The notes under the pieces were generated by a model. The model was not told the DNA's origin. It made no database searches and saw only the letters and a program-made list of their open reading frames with translations. From Ascoidea asiatica JCM 7603 (taxonomy: Eukaryota > Fungi > Ascomycota), in the NCBI GenBank assembly GCA_001600695.1, contig BCKQ01000002.1, positions 577,183 through 641,182 of the forward strand: 64,000 nt of DNA, read 5' to 3'. Shown here piece by piece: positions 26,301 to 34,710 of the stretch (positions are counted from its first letter, which is position 1; the number at the start of each line of letters is the position of its first letter). A program made the position numbers and the translations under genes.

Positions 26301-26730
26301 TATCATGAAGTCTTCTAAGGATTCTAACATTATGATTGAGATTAATATTAACAAACATTTCATAATATGTAAAACCACAATATGAAGTAATTGCAATCTT
26401 ATTAAAAGATAATAAAGGTTTAACTAAATTAAAAATTTCACATTTTTTACAAACATTAATTGTAAAAGTTAATCTTGCCCATTTTTGACCTTGAGATAAT
26501 TCACGAAATTTTTTATCATATTTATCTAAAAATTTATAAAAAATATTTTCATAATCTCGATTAATTAAATTAACAAAATCACTTATATTACACCATGAAC
26601 CAATTTTTGTTCTCATTAATCGGCAATTACCAACACGATAAACATAAACTTCATGTCCATCTTCAATAATATCAGTTTCAAAACTTACATGTTGATCATT
26701 ATTGCGAGCACCCAATAACTTACTTGACAT
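23398..26730 (-). CDS. Putative nuclear DNA-binding protein with three tandem KilA-N/APSES-like domains, disordered middle and possible TFIIS-N-like domain
   Basis: Repeated motifs LMRTKIGSWCNISDF..WARL, ILRRLHDNLFNLDQF..GGNWVNITVAR and IYRRYSDGWVNFSKI..GYWCPPKDA resemble Mbp1/Swi4 MKRxxDDWVNATHIL..QGTWVP; NLS RKKRRK. Confidence 0.75.
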   Translation of the reverse strand: MSSKLLGARNNDQHVSFETDIIEDGHEVYVYRVGNCRLMRTKIGSWCNISDFVNLINRDYENIFYKFLDKYDKKFRELSQGQKWARLTFTINVCKKCEIFNLVKPLLSFNKIAITSYCGFTYYEMFVNINLNHNVRILRRLHDNLFNLDQFANLYYVIHKQDAKRIRKDAIETCKANNLLIQYNDKTLVGGNWVNITVARDFIGTYNLYPYLKYILEISLQGYPIENENSMSEVDLEVRKFFFYLSPDYNSFDGFPIEFKISDERLYQIKNFKRILSKNTTITMLGESCKLKVNDQNKPAKTFVIYRRYSDGWVNFSKIIQFAVYKSISKLDDRKPEDPEMHVEEELYYRDKLHQMEINYICCYDKKVLDGYWCPPKDALLFLDEFEEEHENLLNLLNKSDPLLFPEIHDEEEEEGDEPECIVDDNIQTSTEITIVDKNKSYPIIKEPELEDIKPSLSPENLSIPDTSLQIISLEDEQINSPPSIPSSHIDLTNDHFIEKIEPILHSRKKRRKNIIFDEDSTDENSYTVQESPRKRNKVSNPVPRSKNHNTRKKTIEELFSDSSNSDNVTDNYSDIYSDNNSDDNSDRIQVTSQRNYNSINGSSTKNKRINSSTIYHDSRIKSISKPVPKSNNIIPKKKPVKSTLFSPLDFYNDVNESENDDSKSNLPKFSLFNEKRFSASFKKLKQELKGNVTNFQHLDSIFIELSKYRFYISDKTLNALNVSGTLSQMRSVSKYAKYYEIIDAGKKSWFFKQGKQKKSVLSKVQKPKSGSIPLQNLQRIIPEINSQINTKDDQVHHLKSIRKSSNLLSSTTKFHNILNRSRSPVVINKVSPRKISSNNIQEISNNKKNEIPNKTIFDFENGSATLIQKIIQREKKNPFINEMFEDQDINSNDNSSGNIKNDITHAIDILEEIENPVQQNTNVEKQNNFIDNLRRPTQNLRRETNRRTYYNEHMNRMKDSRVVNRVNYSNNEFLKSPSKKRNTSFLIRPSQNRKNLKTKDLGFNSDFIEEPFQYGTDLDLEISSESDLSSESCGDEERQAEEDELRKTRQVFMKEIEELKVEERVFWKYRKDSDSSSTSRVDYYLKMKRLLYDDEDIPLSFKVLAYDIL

Positions 26731-27098
26731 AATTCATATCTGTTTTTTTTTTGTTTTTGTTTTTAGCTTTTTCCAGGTGTTATTTTCAGGCTTTCTTATT
26801 ATTTCTTTCAATATTCAATTTTCAAGAAAATTAGATTCTCGATGAATAATTGTCTTAATGTATGTTTCTTTGTTTACTACCAGTAATATTGTTGATACTG
26901 TTGTCTATTTCCCTTTGGTGTTATTTAGTATTTATTATTATTTTTAGTTACTAATAATTTTAGGGTAGTTGTAGTTATTATTCATTGTTGTTTAATTATA
27001 TTTAGTATTTACGTGCTTTGCAGAGTTCTGATAATTTTGATCCACTGATAATAGGGAGATTCCTCGCAGTCAAGGGCTCAGAAAGGGAAACAGTTCAC

Positions 27099-27107
27099 TT
27101 TTCGCGT
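27099..27107 (-). promoter_or_regulatory. SCB/MCB-type site ACGCGAAAA upstream of the KilA-N gene
   Basis: Matches the SBF/MBF consensus ~370 bp upstream of the ATG at 26730. Confidence 0.5.
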
Positions 27108-27305
27108 GAAGGTGCAATAAGCGCCAGTAATTCTCACTGGAGAAATGTCCTGTTTTTACATGGGTGGAGAAACAAATATCTGTATTATAAATTGGCTACA
27201 TAAGCAAAAAAACATTTTATTAGAATTGGTTACTTTCTTGCAATTTAAGAGGGAGGTAACCGGTGCAGTTTATAGTTTACTTTAGTTTTTTTTCAACAGT
27301 GGCCC

Positions 27306-27352
27306 ATTTGCAAACACAAAACCTAGGTTAAATAAGGTTTTGTGATGCAAAT
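27306..27352. repeat. Inverted repeat/hairpin ATTTGCA-AA-CACAAAACCT ... AGGTTTTGTG-A-TGCAAAT
   Basis: 10-bp plus 7-bp perfect stems read directly. Confidence 0.85.
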
Positions 27353-27371
27353 TGCAGCTGGGTTTTGCTCA

Positions 27372-27525
27372 AAGCCACAGGAAACCAAAACCAGAACCAC
27401 GGGTCAGTATTTTAGGTCAGAGCCTTTTTTAGATGTTGTTAGGGAATGCACTATAATCAATAAATGGGACTCGCTCTGCACTAAAATGTTGAACCTGTGG
27501 TTCTGATTTCGGTTTCCTATGGCTT
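27372..27525. repeat. 154-bp foldback element with ~52-bp imperfect inverted arms (MITE-like or structured RNA)
   Basis: Arm 27372-27423 aligns with the reverse complement of 27473-27525. Confidence 0.85.
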
Positions 27526-27775
27526 ACAATTGTGACTTTATCTCAAGATCTTGATTAACACTGATTTCAGTAATAAATAATAGATAATAGAATTGAATAG
27601 GTTGATAGTTAGATAATTGAATACTCAGATTGAATAGTATAATCTACATATGTAACTTATATTATTTTATAAAATACAGCTATGATTCAATTCTAAGAGA
27701 TTTCCAATAGTAATAGTCAAGATATGAGCTCACTGGCTTTTGTAAATTTTTTTTGTTTCATTTATTTTCTCAATT

Positions 27776-29089
27776 CTAGAGTTCATCAGTACGATTATTC
27801 ATAGCAGCAGGAATTTCTAATAAATGATCTATTAAACCTCTATTAATTAAATATTGAACAATAAAAGCTAATAATACAACCAGTATTAAACTTAAAAGTA
27901 TTGATAAAATTGTATTAACTTTATTTGCACCAGCTATATTCATATTTGAAGATGATGCATAAAATTTTGGAGGTAATTTAATTATATGAACAGTATTTGC
28001 AGCTGATACACTTGCTAAATATTGTCCAGTTGGAGAAAATGTTACTTTTGTTATAACAAAATTATGAACTTTTTTTAAATTAAATAAATTTTTAAAATTT
28101 TTAAATTTATATAAACATATTGAACAATCACTACCAGAAATTGCAATTAATGAATTATTTAAATCAATTTCTGATTTTGTAATTGATTTATTATTTCCTT
28201 TATCTTCAATAATTTTTACAATAATATTTGGCCAAAAATCCATTGAAGTAATTGATCTAATTTTTTTATTAATTAAATTATTTGAAATTAAAATTTGATC
28301 TTTAATAGAATAATGAATTATTGAAATTCCCCCAAAATCTTTTATATTACAACCAATTATAATTTCATTATTATTAATAAAACGAACTTTTGAAAAACTT
28401 ATATTTTTTAAAGATTGTTTATTATTTAAATTAAATAATGATGAATTTTTTTCTAAAATTATTTTACCAGAATTTGTTGAAATAACTTTAAAAAAATCAT
28501 TCGTTATATAAATTAAAAATTTACCATTTGGAGAAAAATGTAAATCTTTAATTATCATATTTTTTTTTTCATTAAATTTAAATTTTGTTGATAATGAATT
28601 TAATGAATTTTTATTAATATCAATAATTAATAATTGTGGATTTAATTCAATAGAATTTGAAATTGCAGCAAATTTTGAATCATCAGATATACAACAACAT
28701 TTTGTATAATTATTTGGATTATTTTTAAAATCTGTAAATAAATTAACAGATTTTTTAAAAATTAAATGTTGATCAATATAATCATAACGTCTTAAATGAT
28801 TATTTTGTCCATTATTTTTAATATTATTTGAATTTTCATTACATCCCATAAGAATTACATCACCATTTGTATCTAATGACATTGGTGAATCACTATCTGG
28901 CGGTAATTGAAGTTCTCTAAATCTTTTAACAATTGTTGATTTTCTATTAAAATCAATTTGTAAAGCAGATAATTTATTTGGAATTCCATGATTTCCTTCA
29001 CCACCACCACCTGCAACTAATAAAGTATCTTCATCAAGAAATCTGGCACCAAAAACTGGATATCCAACATTATAAGTCGTAACATCCAT
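27776..29089 (-). CDS. SEC12: Sar1 guanine nucleotide exchange factor (WD40, C-terminal TM)
   Basis: Probable start MDVTTYNVGYPVFGARF (the ORF track starts at an upstream TTG); K-loop GGGGEGNHGIPNKL; SVSAANTVHII; TM then TDEL. Confidence 0.92.
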   Translation of the reverse strand: MDVTTYNVGYPVFGARFLDEDTLLVAGGGGEGNHGIPNKLSALQIDFNRKSTIVKRFRELQLPPDSDSPMSLDTNGDVILMGCNENSNNIKNNGQNNHLRRYDYIDQHLIFKKSVNLFTDFKNNPNNYTKCCCISDDSKFAAISNSIELNPQLLIIDINKNSLNSLSTKFKFNEKKNMIIKDLHFSPNGKFLIYITNDFFKVISTNSGKIILEKNSSLFNLNNKQSLKNISFSKVRFINNNEIIIGCNIKDFGGISIIHYSIKDQILISNNLINKKIRSITSMDFWPNIIVKIIEDKGNNKSITKSEIDLNNSLIAISGSDCSICLYKFKNFKNLFNLKKVHNFVITKVTFSPTGQYLASVSAANTVHIIKLPPKFYASSSNMNIAGANKVNTILSILLSLILVVLLAFIVQYLINRGLIDHLLEIPAAMNNRTDEL

Positions 29090-29761
29090 TGAAAATAAAG
29101 TAAAAAAAAGTGAATTTATTATATATAATATACAAATAAAAATCAAATACAAGAATTGAAATTATCTTTTATAAAATCAATTGAATAACAACTAAATTAA
29201 CTGAATTAAATCAAATCAAACCATTATCTAAAGGCATTCATTAATTTATGAACAAGTCATTAATAAATACTTACTAATTATAAAAAATAGTGTAAGCTGA
29301 GCATAATAAAATTATAAATTCAATAATTGAGTCCCCAATTGAGAAGACCCAGAAGTATGGTAAAGACCATTTTATTGGGTCATGTATATACATGTACGTT
29401 TAACAGTATATTGCATCATAGCCACAAACTTGGTTAAGTCCAATTTGTTGGATGACGTATATGTATGCATATGTAACAGCATAATACGTCACACCCACAA
29501 ACTTGGCTTTGGAATTGAATTTTCCAAATTTTTGAAATTTCACCAACAAATATAAAAAGTGCAACGTTCATCAAGAAATTGTTGGAAACGATTTTCATTT
29601 CAGTATGGAGTAACTAACTATGTTGTTGTAGTCGACTGAATATTTAAATAACTTAATGTACTTTTTTAGAGTTGAGCTCTTAGTGATAGATTAATGTGAT
29701 AATAAGATGGTGGCATAATACACATAAGTAATATGGTATTTTTCTTTTCAAAACTTTTATA

Positions 29762-31591
29762 ATGAATCAATTCAGTTCACTTTCTATTTCTAGTTTCGAA
29801 AATATTATAATACGAAGAGATCCTCCAATTAAATCAAATTCAAGTTCAAAATCGTTAATAATATCAAGTTCATCAAATATTTACGATCTAAATACTGAAA
29901 AAAATGATATTTCTTTAGTCTCAAATTTAAATCAATTCTATAAATTCATTTCTGATGAAAAATGTATTGAAAAAATTTCAAATAATATAAAAGAATTAAC
30001 AATATTTGATAATTTATTAATTTTCAAAAATTCAAAACAAATTTTAGAACTTAATGATTTATTAAATAAAATTACTGAAACTTTACTAATTAATAATCAA
30101 AACTCATTAATTTCTATAACTATATATAATAATGATTTAAGAAATTCTATTAATCAAAATTTTCTATTCAATAAAATTTATCAATTTAAGAGTTTAAATT
30201 CGATTATAATTGATAATTTTAATGAGTTCCAAAATTTATCAGATTCAATTAATAATATAACTTTTTTAATCAATGATAATTTAAATTTCAATTTAAAAGA
30301 TTATTCTAATGAATCTTTAAGTAAAATTATAAATAATATATATAATATAAAATCTTTGTCAATTCTTGATAATTTCAATTATCTATCTTTCAACTTCTTT
30401 CAAAAACTCAGAGAAATTTCAGATCATTTAAATTTACAAAATTCACAAAATTCACAAAATTCTTTCAAGAAATTAAACCTATCAACTTTAAAATTAAATT
30501 ATTCTCATGATTTATTTTCAATTAATAATAATTCACTAATTCAAAATCTAAATTTGAATGATTTAATTGATTTATCATCAATTACTAATTTACAATTAAT
30601 CATAAATTGTTCAATTGAAAATTGTAATTGTTTAGATTCAATTTTAAATTTAACTTTTATCAATCTTCAAAAAATTGCTTTTTTTTATTTACAATCAAAT
30701 TTAAAAAATAATTTTGAAAATTATGATCATTATAATTATGAAAATTGGGATATAAAAATCTGTAAATTTTTAATAAAAAATAAAAAAAAAATTGATAGTT
30801 TATTAATTTATCATGATTCTTCAATTGATGGTAAAATGGATAATTGTGTTGAAGGTAATTATTTAAGAAGAAAAAAAATATTCATTGAAACTTTACCAAA
30901 ATTAAAAAATTTAAAAAATTTAATCTTACCAACTTTTTTATATCAAATATCTTCATATGATTTAATCACAAATGATTTAATTTGGAATGGTTGTGATTGT
31001 AATCATTGTTTAGAAATTTTACCAAATATTGATAATTATTTAATGTCTCATCAATATTATAATAATTATGATTTTGCTTTTAATGATATGATTTCAAATT
31101 CATTTTTCGCATTTTTAAGTGATATCTTAGTTAAAAGAATTTCATTTTTTCTGAAAAATGAAAAATTTGAGAAAAATGATTCAAATAATTCAATTTTAAA
31201 TAACTCATCATTATTTGAAATTTTAGATTCTTATGAAAAAAAAATTTCACCAAATTTAATCTCCTGGAATTTACATGGATTTTTAAATATAACCTGTACA
31301 AATTATGGGGATTTAGATGATGATAAATTTTATAGTCAAATTGATGATTTAAAATTTAATGATGAAATTAATAATAATAATTATTATAAAGATCCAAATT
31401 GTGAATTTAACGAAGATTTTTTAAAAGATTTAATAATATGCCTTGATCATTTCTTTCATGATTATATTCAATGGTTTGTTAATAATTTACCAAATCTTGA
31501 TTCTATAATGTTAAATGGAATTTATTATAGAATTAATTCAAGTAATGATAATGATAATGGTAGTAAAAAATGGAATTTAGTTTATGATTAG
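29762..31591 (+). CDS. ROY1: Roy1 (Ymr258c)-like protein
   Basis: EGNYLRRKK..LPKL, DLIWNGCDCNHC..YLMSHQY and KNDISL resemble S. cerevisiae Roy1 (recalled). Confidence 0.65.
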   Translation: MNQFSSLSISSFENIIIRRDPPIKSNSSSKSLIISSSSNIYDLNTEKNDISLVSNLNQFYKFISDEKCIEKISNNIKELTIFDNLLIFKNSKQILELNDLLNKITETLLINNQNSLISITIYNNDLRNSINQNFLFNKIYQFKSLNSIIIDNFNEFQNLSDSINNITFLINDNLNFNLKDYSNESLSKIINNIYNIKSLSILDNFNYLSFNFFQKLREISDHLNLQNSQNSQNSFKKLNLSTLKLNYSHDLFSINNNSLIQNLNLNDLIDLSSITNLQLIINCSIENCNCLDSILNLTFINLQKIAFFYLQSNLKNNFENYDHYNYENWDIKICKFLIKNKKKIDSLLIYHDSSIDGKMDNCVEGNYLRRKKIFIETLPKLKNLKNLILPTFLYQISSYDLITNDLIWNGCDCNHCLEILPNIDNYLMSHQYYNNYDFAFNDMISNSFFAFLSDILVKRISFFLKNEKFEKNDSNNSILNNSSLFEILDSYEKKISPNLISWNLHGFLNITCTNYGDLDDDKFYSQIDDLKFNDEINNNNYYKDPNCEFNEDFLKDLIICLDHFFHDYIQWFVNNLPNLDSIMLNGIYYRINSSNDNDNGSKKWNLVYD

Positions 31592-31729
31592 CCTATTTTC
31601 TTCTCTACTCTATTATGTAGAAAGAAAGTTATAATCTTTTAAAAGCTTATATAGACAAAATAGATATATTAATATATGAATATATATACTATATGATAAT
31701 GAAAAATTTTACATAAAAACTTTTAAATC

Positions 31730-32935
31730 TTAATTTATTATATTATAGCTAATAGGTGCAATTTCACTCATTTCTTGAAACCTTATTAAGTCATCTTCTA
31801 TAATTTCACCATATTTATCCCATAAAGCATCAAATTCATTTGTATCCTCTGGAAATTTTTTATTTCTATCAACAACCCATAAAGTTTCTTTAGCTTTTTT
31901 ATGTCTTTCTCTATCTGCCTCCATTCTTGAAAGTATTTTTTCTTTTGATAAAGATAATTCATCTTTTATAGTATTTTGATTAAATTTTATATCATCATCT
32001 TCTTCAATATTATAAGTAATATTCAAAGATTTATTTATTTCCATATTTTTTTCATATATTATAAAATCTTTAAATGAATAATATTCACTTTGTAATTTTC
32101 TATTTAATAAGATTTGCCAAGCTCCTAATAAACCATCTTTAATTTCATCACTTTCAGATGTTAAAATTTTAAAATCAAATTTTATTGTACCGAATTTTTG
32201 TTTGTTATCAACAATTAAATTTATTTCATTTATTAAACAATCTTTTGAATCATTTTCAATAGAATCTATTAAATTGGATGGTTTTAATTTAAAGTTTTCT
32301 TCTATGTCTTTATTTTCTTGATTGATTGTTTCATCTTTGTTAATTGTTTGGTTTTCATTTTCATCTTGATTTGATTTATCTTTTGTGGAAGTGATTAAAT
32401 TATTATCTAAATTTTCATTATAATCAGATAAATTTATTTCCATTTTATCTATTGCATTTTGAACAGATTTTTGTATAGATTCTTTCTGAGTTTCATTTAA
32501 TGAAAAATTATTATAATTTTTAATATAATCTTGACAATCAGATGTATCCAAATGCCAATCATTTGTAATTTCCAATAATATTTGAAACCCCATTCTTAAA
32601 TTACTTAAACCATCTTGAGTTGGTGGTATTATATGATTAATAAAACATGGTAAATTTTTTTGAAGTTGATTAATATATGGTAATTTAATATTTTCATCAG
32701 AATATGTTTTAGCGCTAAGTCTTACTTGAGTTATTAAACTTTCAATGAAATAAAATATAGTTAATCTTGAATTTAGATCAACTTTTGATAAAACTTCAAT
32801 TATACAAGAAACGAAATCATCTTGATTTTCATAATATCTTAAAGCTAATGATACACAAGAATTTATAATTTGAGTTGAAGGTATCAAATTTGATAACTGC
32901 TTTGAAAATTGTAATCTTGCTTCGAATGCATCCAT
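31730..32935 (-). CDS. CTK3: CTDK-I kinase gamma subunit
   Basis: Probable start MDAFEARLQF; C-terminal RMEADRERHKKAKETLW. Confidence 0.9.
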   Translation of the reverse strand: MDAFEARLQFSKQLSNLIPSTQIINSCVSLALRYYENQDDFVSCIIEVLSKVDLNSRLTIFYFIESLITQVRLSAKTYSDENIKLPYINQLQKNLPCFINHIIPPTQDGLSNLRMGFQILLEITNDWHLDTSDCQDYIKNYNNFSLNETQKESIQKSVQNAIDKMEINLSDYNENLDNNLITSTKDKSNQDENENQTINKDETINQENKDIEENFKLKPSNLIDSIENDSKDCLINEINLIVDNKQKFGTIKFDFKILTSESDEIKDGLLGAWQILLNRKLQSEYYSFKDFIIYEKNMEINKSLNITYNIEEDDDIKFNQNTIKDELSLSKEKILSRMEADRERHKKAKETLWVVDRNKKFPEDTNEFDALWDKYGEIIEDDLIRFQEMSEIAPISYNIIN

Positions 32936-33139
32936 TATTGATATTAACAAATTAAAAAAGATTCCAAAAATAATCAATTGACAATCTTTTTCAAAAATAA
33001 TTAAAGCTGATTTAAGTTTCTATTGCAAAAGTATAGTATCGACAATATTAAAAAAAAGATGGTTTACCGGTAGAGCTCTATAATTTCGGGATAACCGTTG
33101 CCTATTACGGCCGTCAAATAATAAATATCCAAGTAAAAA

Positions 33140-33147
33140 CACGTGAC
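33140..33147 (-). promoter_or_regulatory. Cbf1 site GTCACGTG in the CTK3-LST8 divergent promoter
   Basis: Exact RTCACGTG. Confidence 0.5.
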
Positions 33148-33341
33148 TGCTCCGGCACTGAGTTCTTCTTCTTTCATTTTATTTTGTTCGTTCTTTGAAG
33201 TCTTTCTCAGACGTAACTAAAATCACAAAATCAGATAATCGAAGAATCAAGAACAATGTTGTGGGTTGATCAAACAATCTTTGGTAGAAGAATTAATGAG
33301 AAAATGTGCTGCAGGGACGACAGTTTATAACTAGAAACAAA

Positions 33342-34262
33342 ATGTCTGTTATATTAGCTTCGTATGGGTATGATTGTTCAATAAGATTCTGGGAGGCCTT
33401 GGATGGTGTTTGTTCGAAAACTATTCCCACTCCAGATTATCATATAAATAGGTTAGAAATAACTTCTGATAAAAGATTGTTAGCAACAGCAGGTTGCAAT
33501 TCATTAAGCATATATGATATAAGAAGTAAGAATTCAGCTCCCATCAATAAATTGGAAACATCTGCTCCAGGTGTTAATGTTACTGCTTTATCGTTTGCTC
33601 CAGATAATCAATGGTTAATATCTAGTTCAGATGATGGATTTTTCAAATTATGGGATATAAGAACAAATAAATATCAGCGAAGTTTTGATAATGCTAGTCC
33701 AATATCGGATATGGCTTTCAATCCAAATTCAGCAGAAGCAATTACTAGTGATTTAGATGGTAATGTTAAAGTTTGGGACATAGGAGAAAGAAAAGTAACA
33801 CACACTTTAGAACCAACTCAAGAACATACAAGTCTTTTATCCGTAACTGTTTCTCAAGATTCTTCAATGGTGGTTGCCACAAGTAAAAAAGGAGAATGTT
33901 TTGTTTGGACTTTAGAACTTGAAGATGGTGTTCCAACTTACGTTGGTTCAAGATCCTTTTTCGCTCATAATACTTATATTACACGTTGTTTATTATCTTC
34001 TGATGGAAAATATTTAGCAACTTGTTCTGCTGATCATACTGCAAAAGTATGGAATGTTGAAAATGATTTTACTTTAGAACAAGACTTAAATGGTCATGGT
34101 GGATGGGTTTGGGATTGTGCTTTTAGTGCTGATTCTGCATATTTAGTTACTGGTTCTTCAGATACGATGGTTCGATTATGGGAATTATCAACTTGTAATG
34201 TTGTAAGAAAATATCAAGGTCATCAAAAATCTGTTTGTGCTGTTGCTTTAAATGATATATAG
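33342..34262 (+). CDS. LST8: TORC1/TORC2 WD40 subunit Lst8
   Basis: Probable ATG 33342 (MSVILAS.GYD..IRFWEA); LATCSADHTAKVW, WVWDCAFSADSAYLVT, VCAVALND. Confidence 0.9.
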   Translation: MSVILASYGYDCSIRFWEALDGVCSKTIPTPDYHINRLEITSDKRLLATAGCNSLSIYDIRSKNSAPINKLETSAPGVNVTALSFAPDNQWLISSSDDGFFKLWDIRTNKYQRSFDNASPISDMAFNPNSAEAITSDLDGNVKVWDIGERKVTHTLEPTQEHTSLLSVTVSQDSSMVVATSKKGECFVWTLELEDGVPTYVGSRSFFAHNTYITRCLLSSDGKYLATCSADHTAKVWNVENDFTLEQDLNGHGGWVWDCAFSADSAYLVTGSSDTMVRLWELSTCNVVRKYQGHQKSVCAVALNDI

Positions 34263-34710
34263 ATATTAACTTCATATATTATTTATATTTTATCAATTAT
34301 GTTTTTCTATGTAAATCTAAATAATTCATAGGTCTCTATCAATTCTGTAGTTTTTTTGTTTTAAAATATTGTAATTCAAAAAGATTCATTCAAAAAGGCT
34401 GTGTCTAGATGCTACCCGGGATTTAAGAAAAAAAAAATATTCTGATAAAGGTAGCATTAGTAAATAGGCTTTTAATATTGAAAAAAAATTATATATAGAA
34501 TTATGGATACTTGAATTTATTGTAAAGAACAAATTTAAATGAATAATTTTTTTAATATTCTAGGTATCGCTAATATTTGTTTATTTTGATTATAAATAGG
34601 ATGCATATTATCATAATTTGATGATATTAATATATCATTTAAAAAAGATTATTCGTTACCTATAAAAATTATCTATTACTTGTGAATTCTTTTACAAGTA
34701 AATTTTAAAA

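Noticed and set aside
27306-27531. H/ACA snoRNA reading of the two hairpins (ACA follows at 27526)
   Set aside because: No ANANNA H box in the linker and no pseudouridylation pocket; mismatches do not favour one strand
29090-33341. ORF-track N-terminal extensions of SEC12, CTK3 and LST8 from TTG/GTG starts
   Set aside because: Artefact of bacterial-style start codons; conserved N-termini begin at ATG 29089, 32935 and 33342
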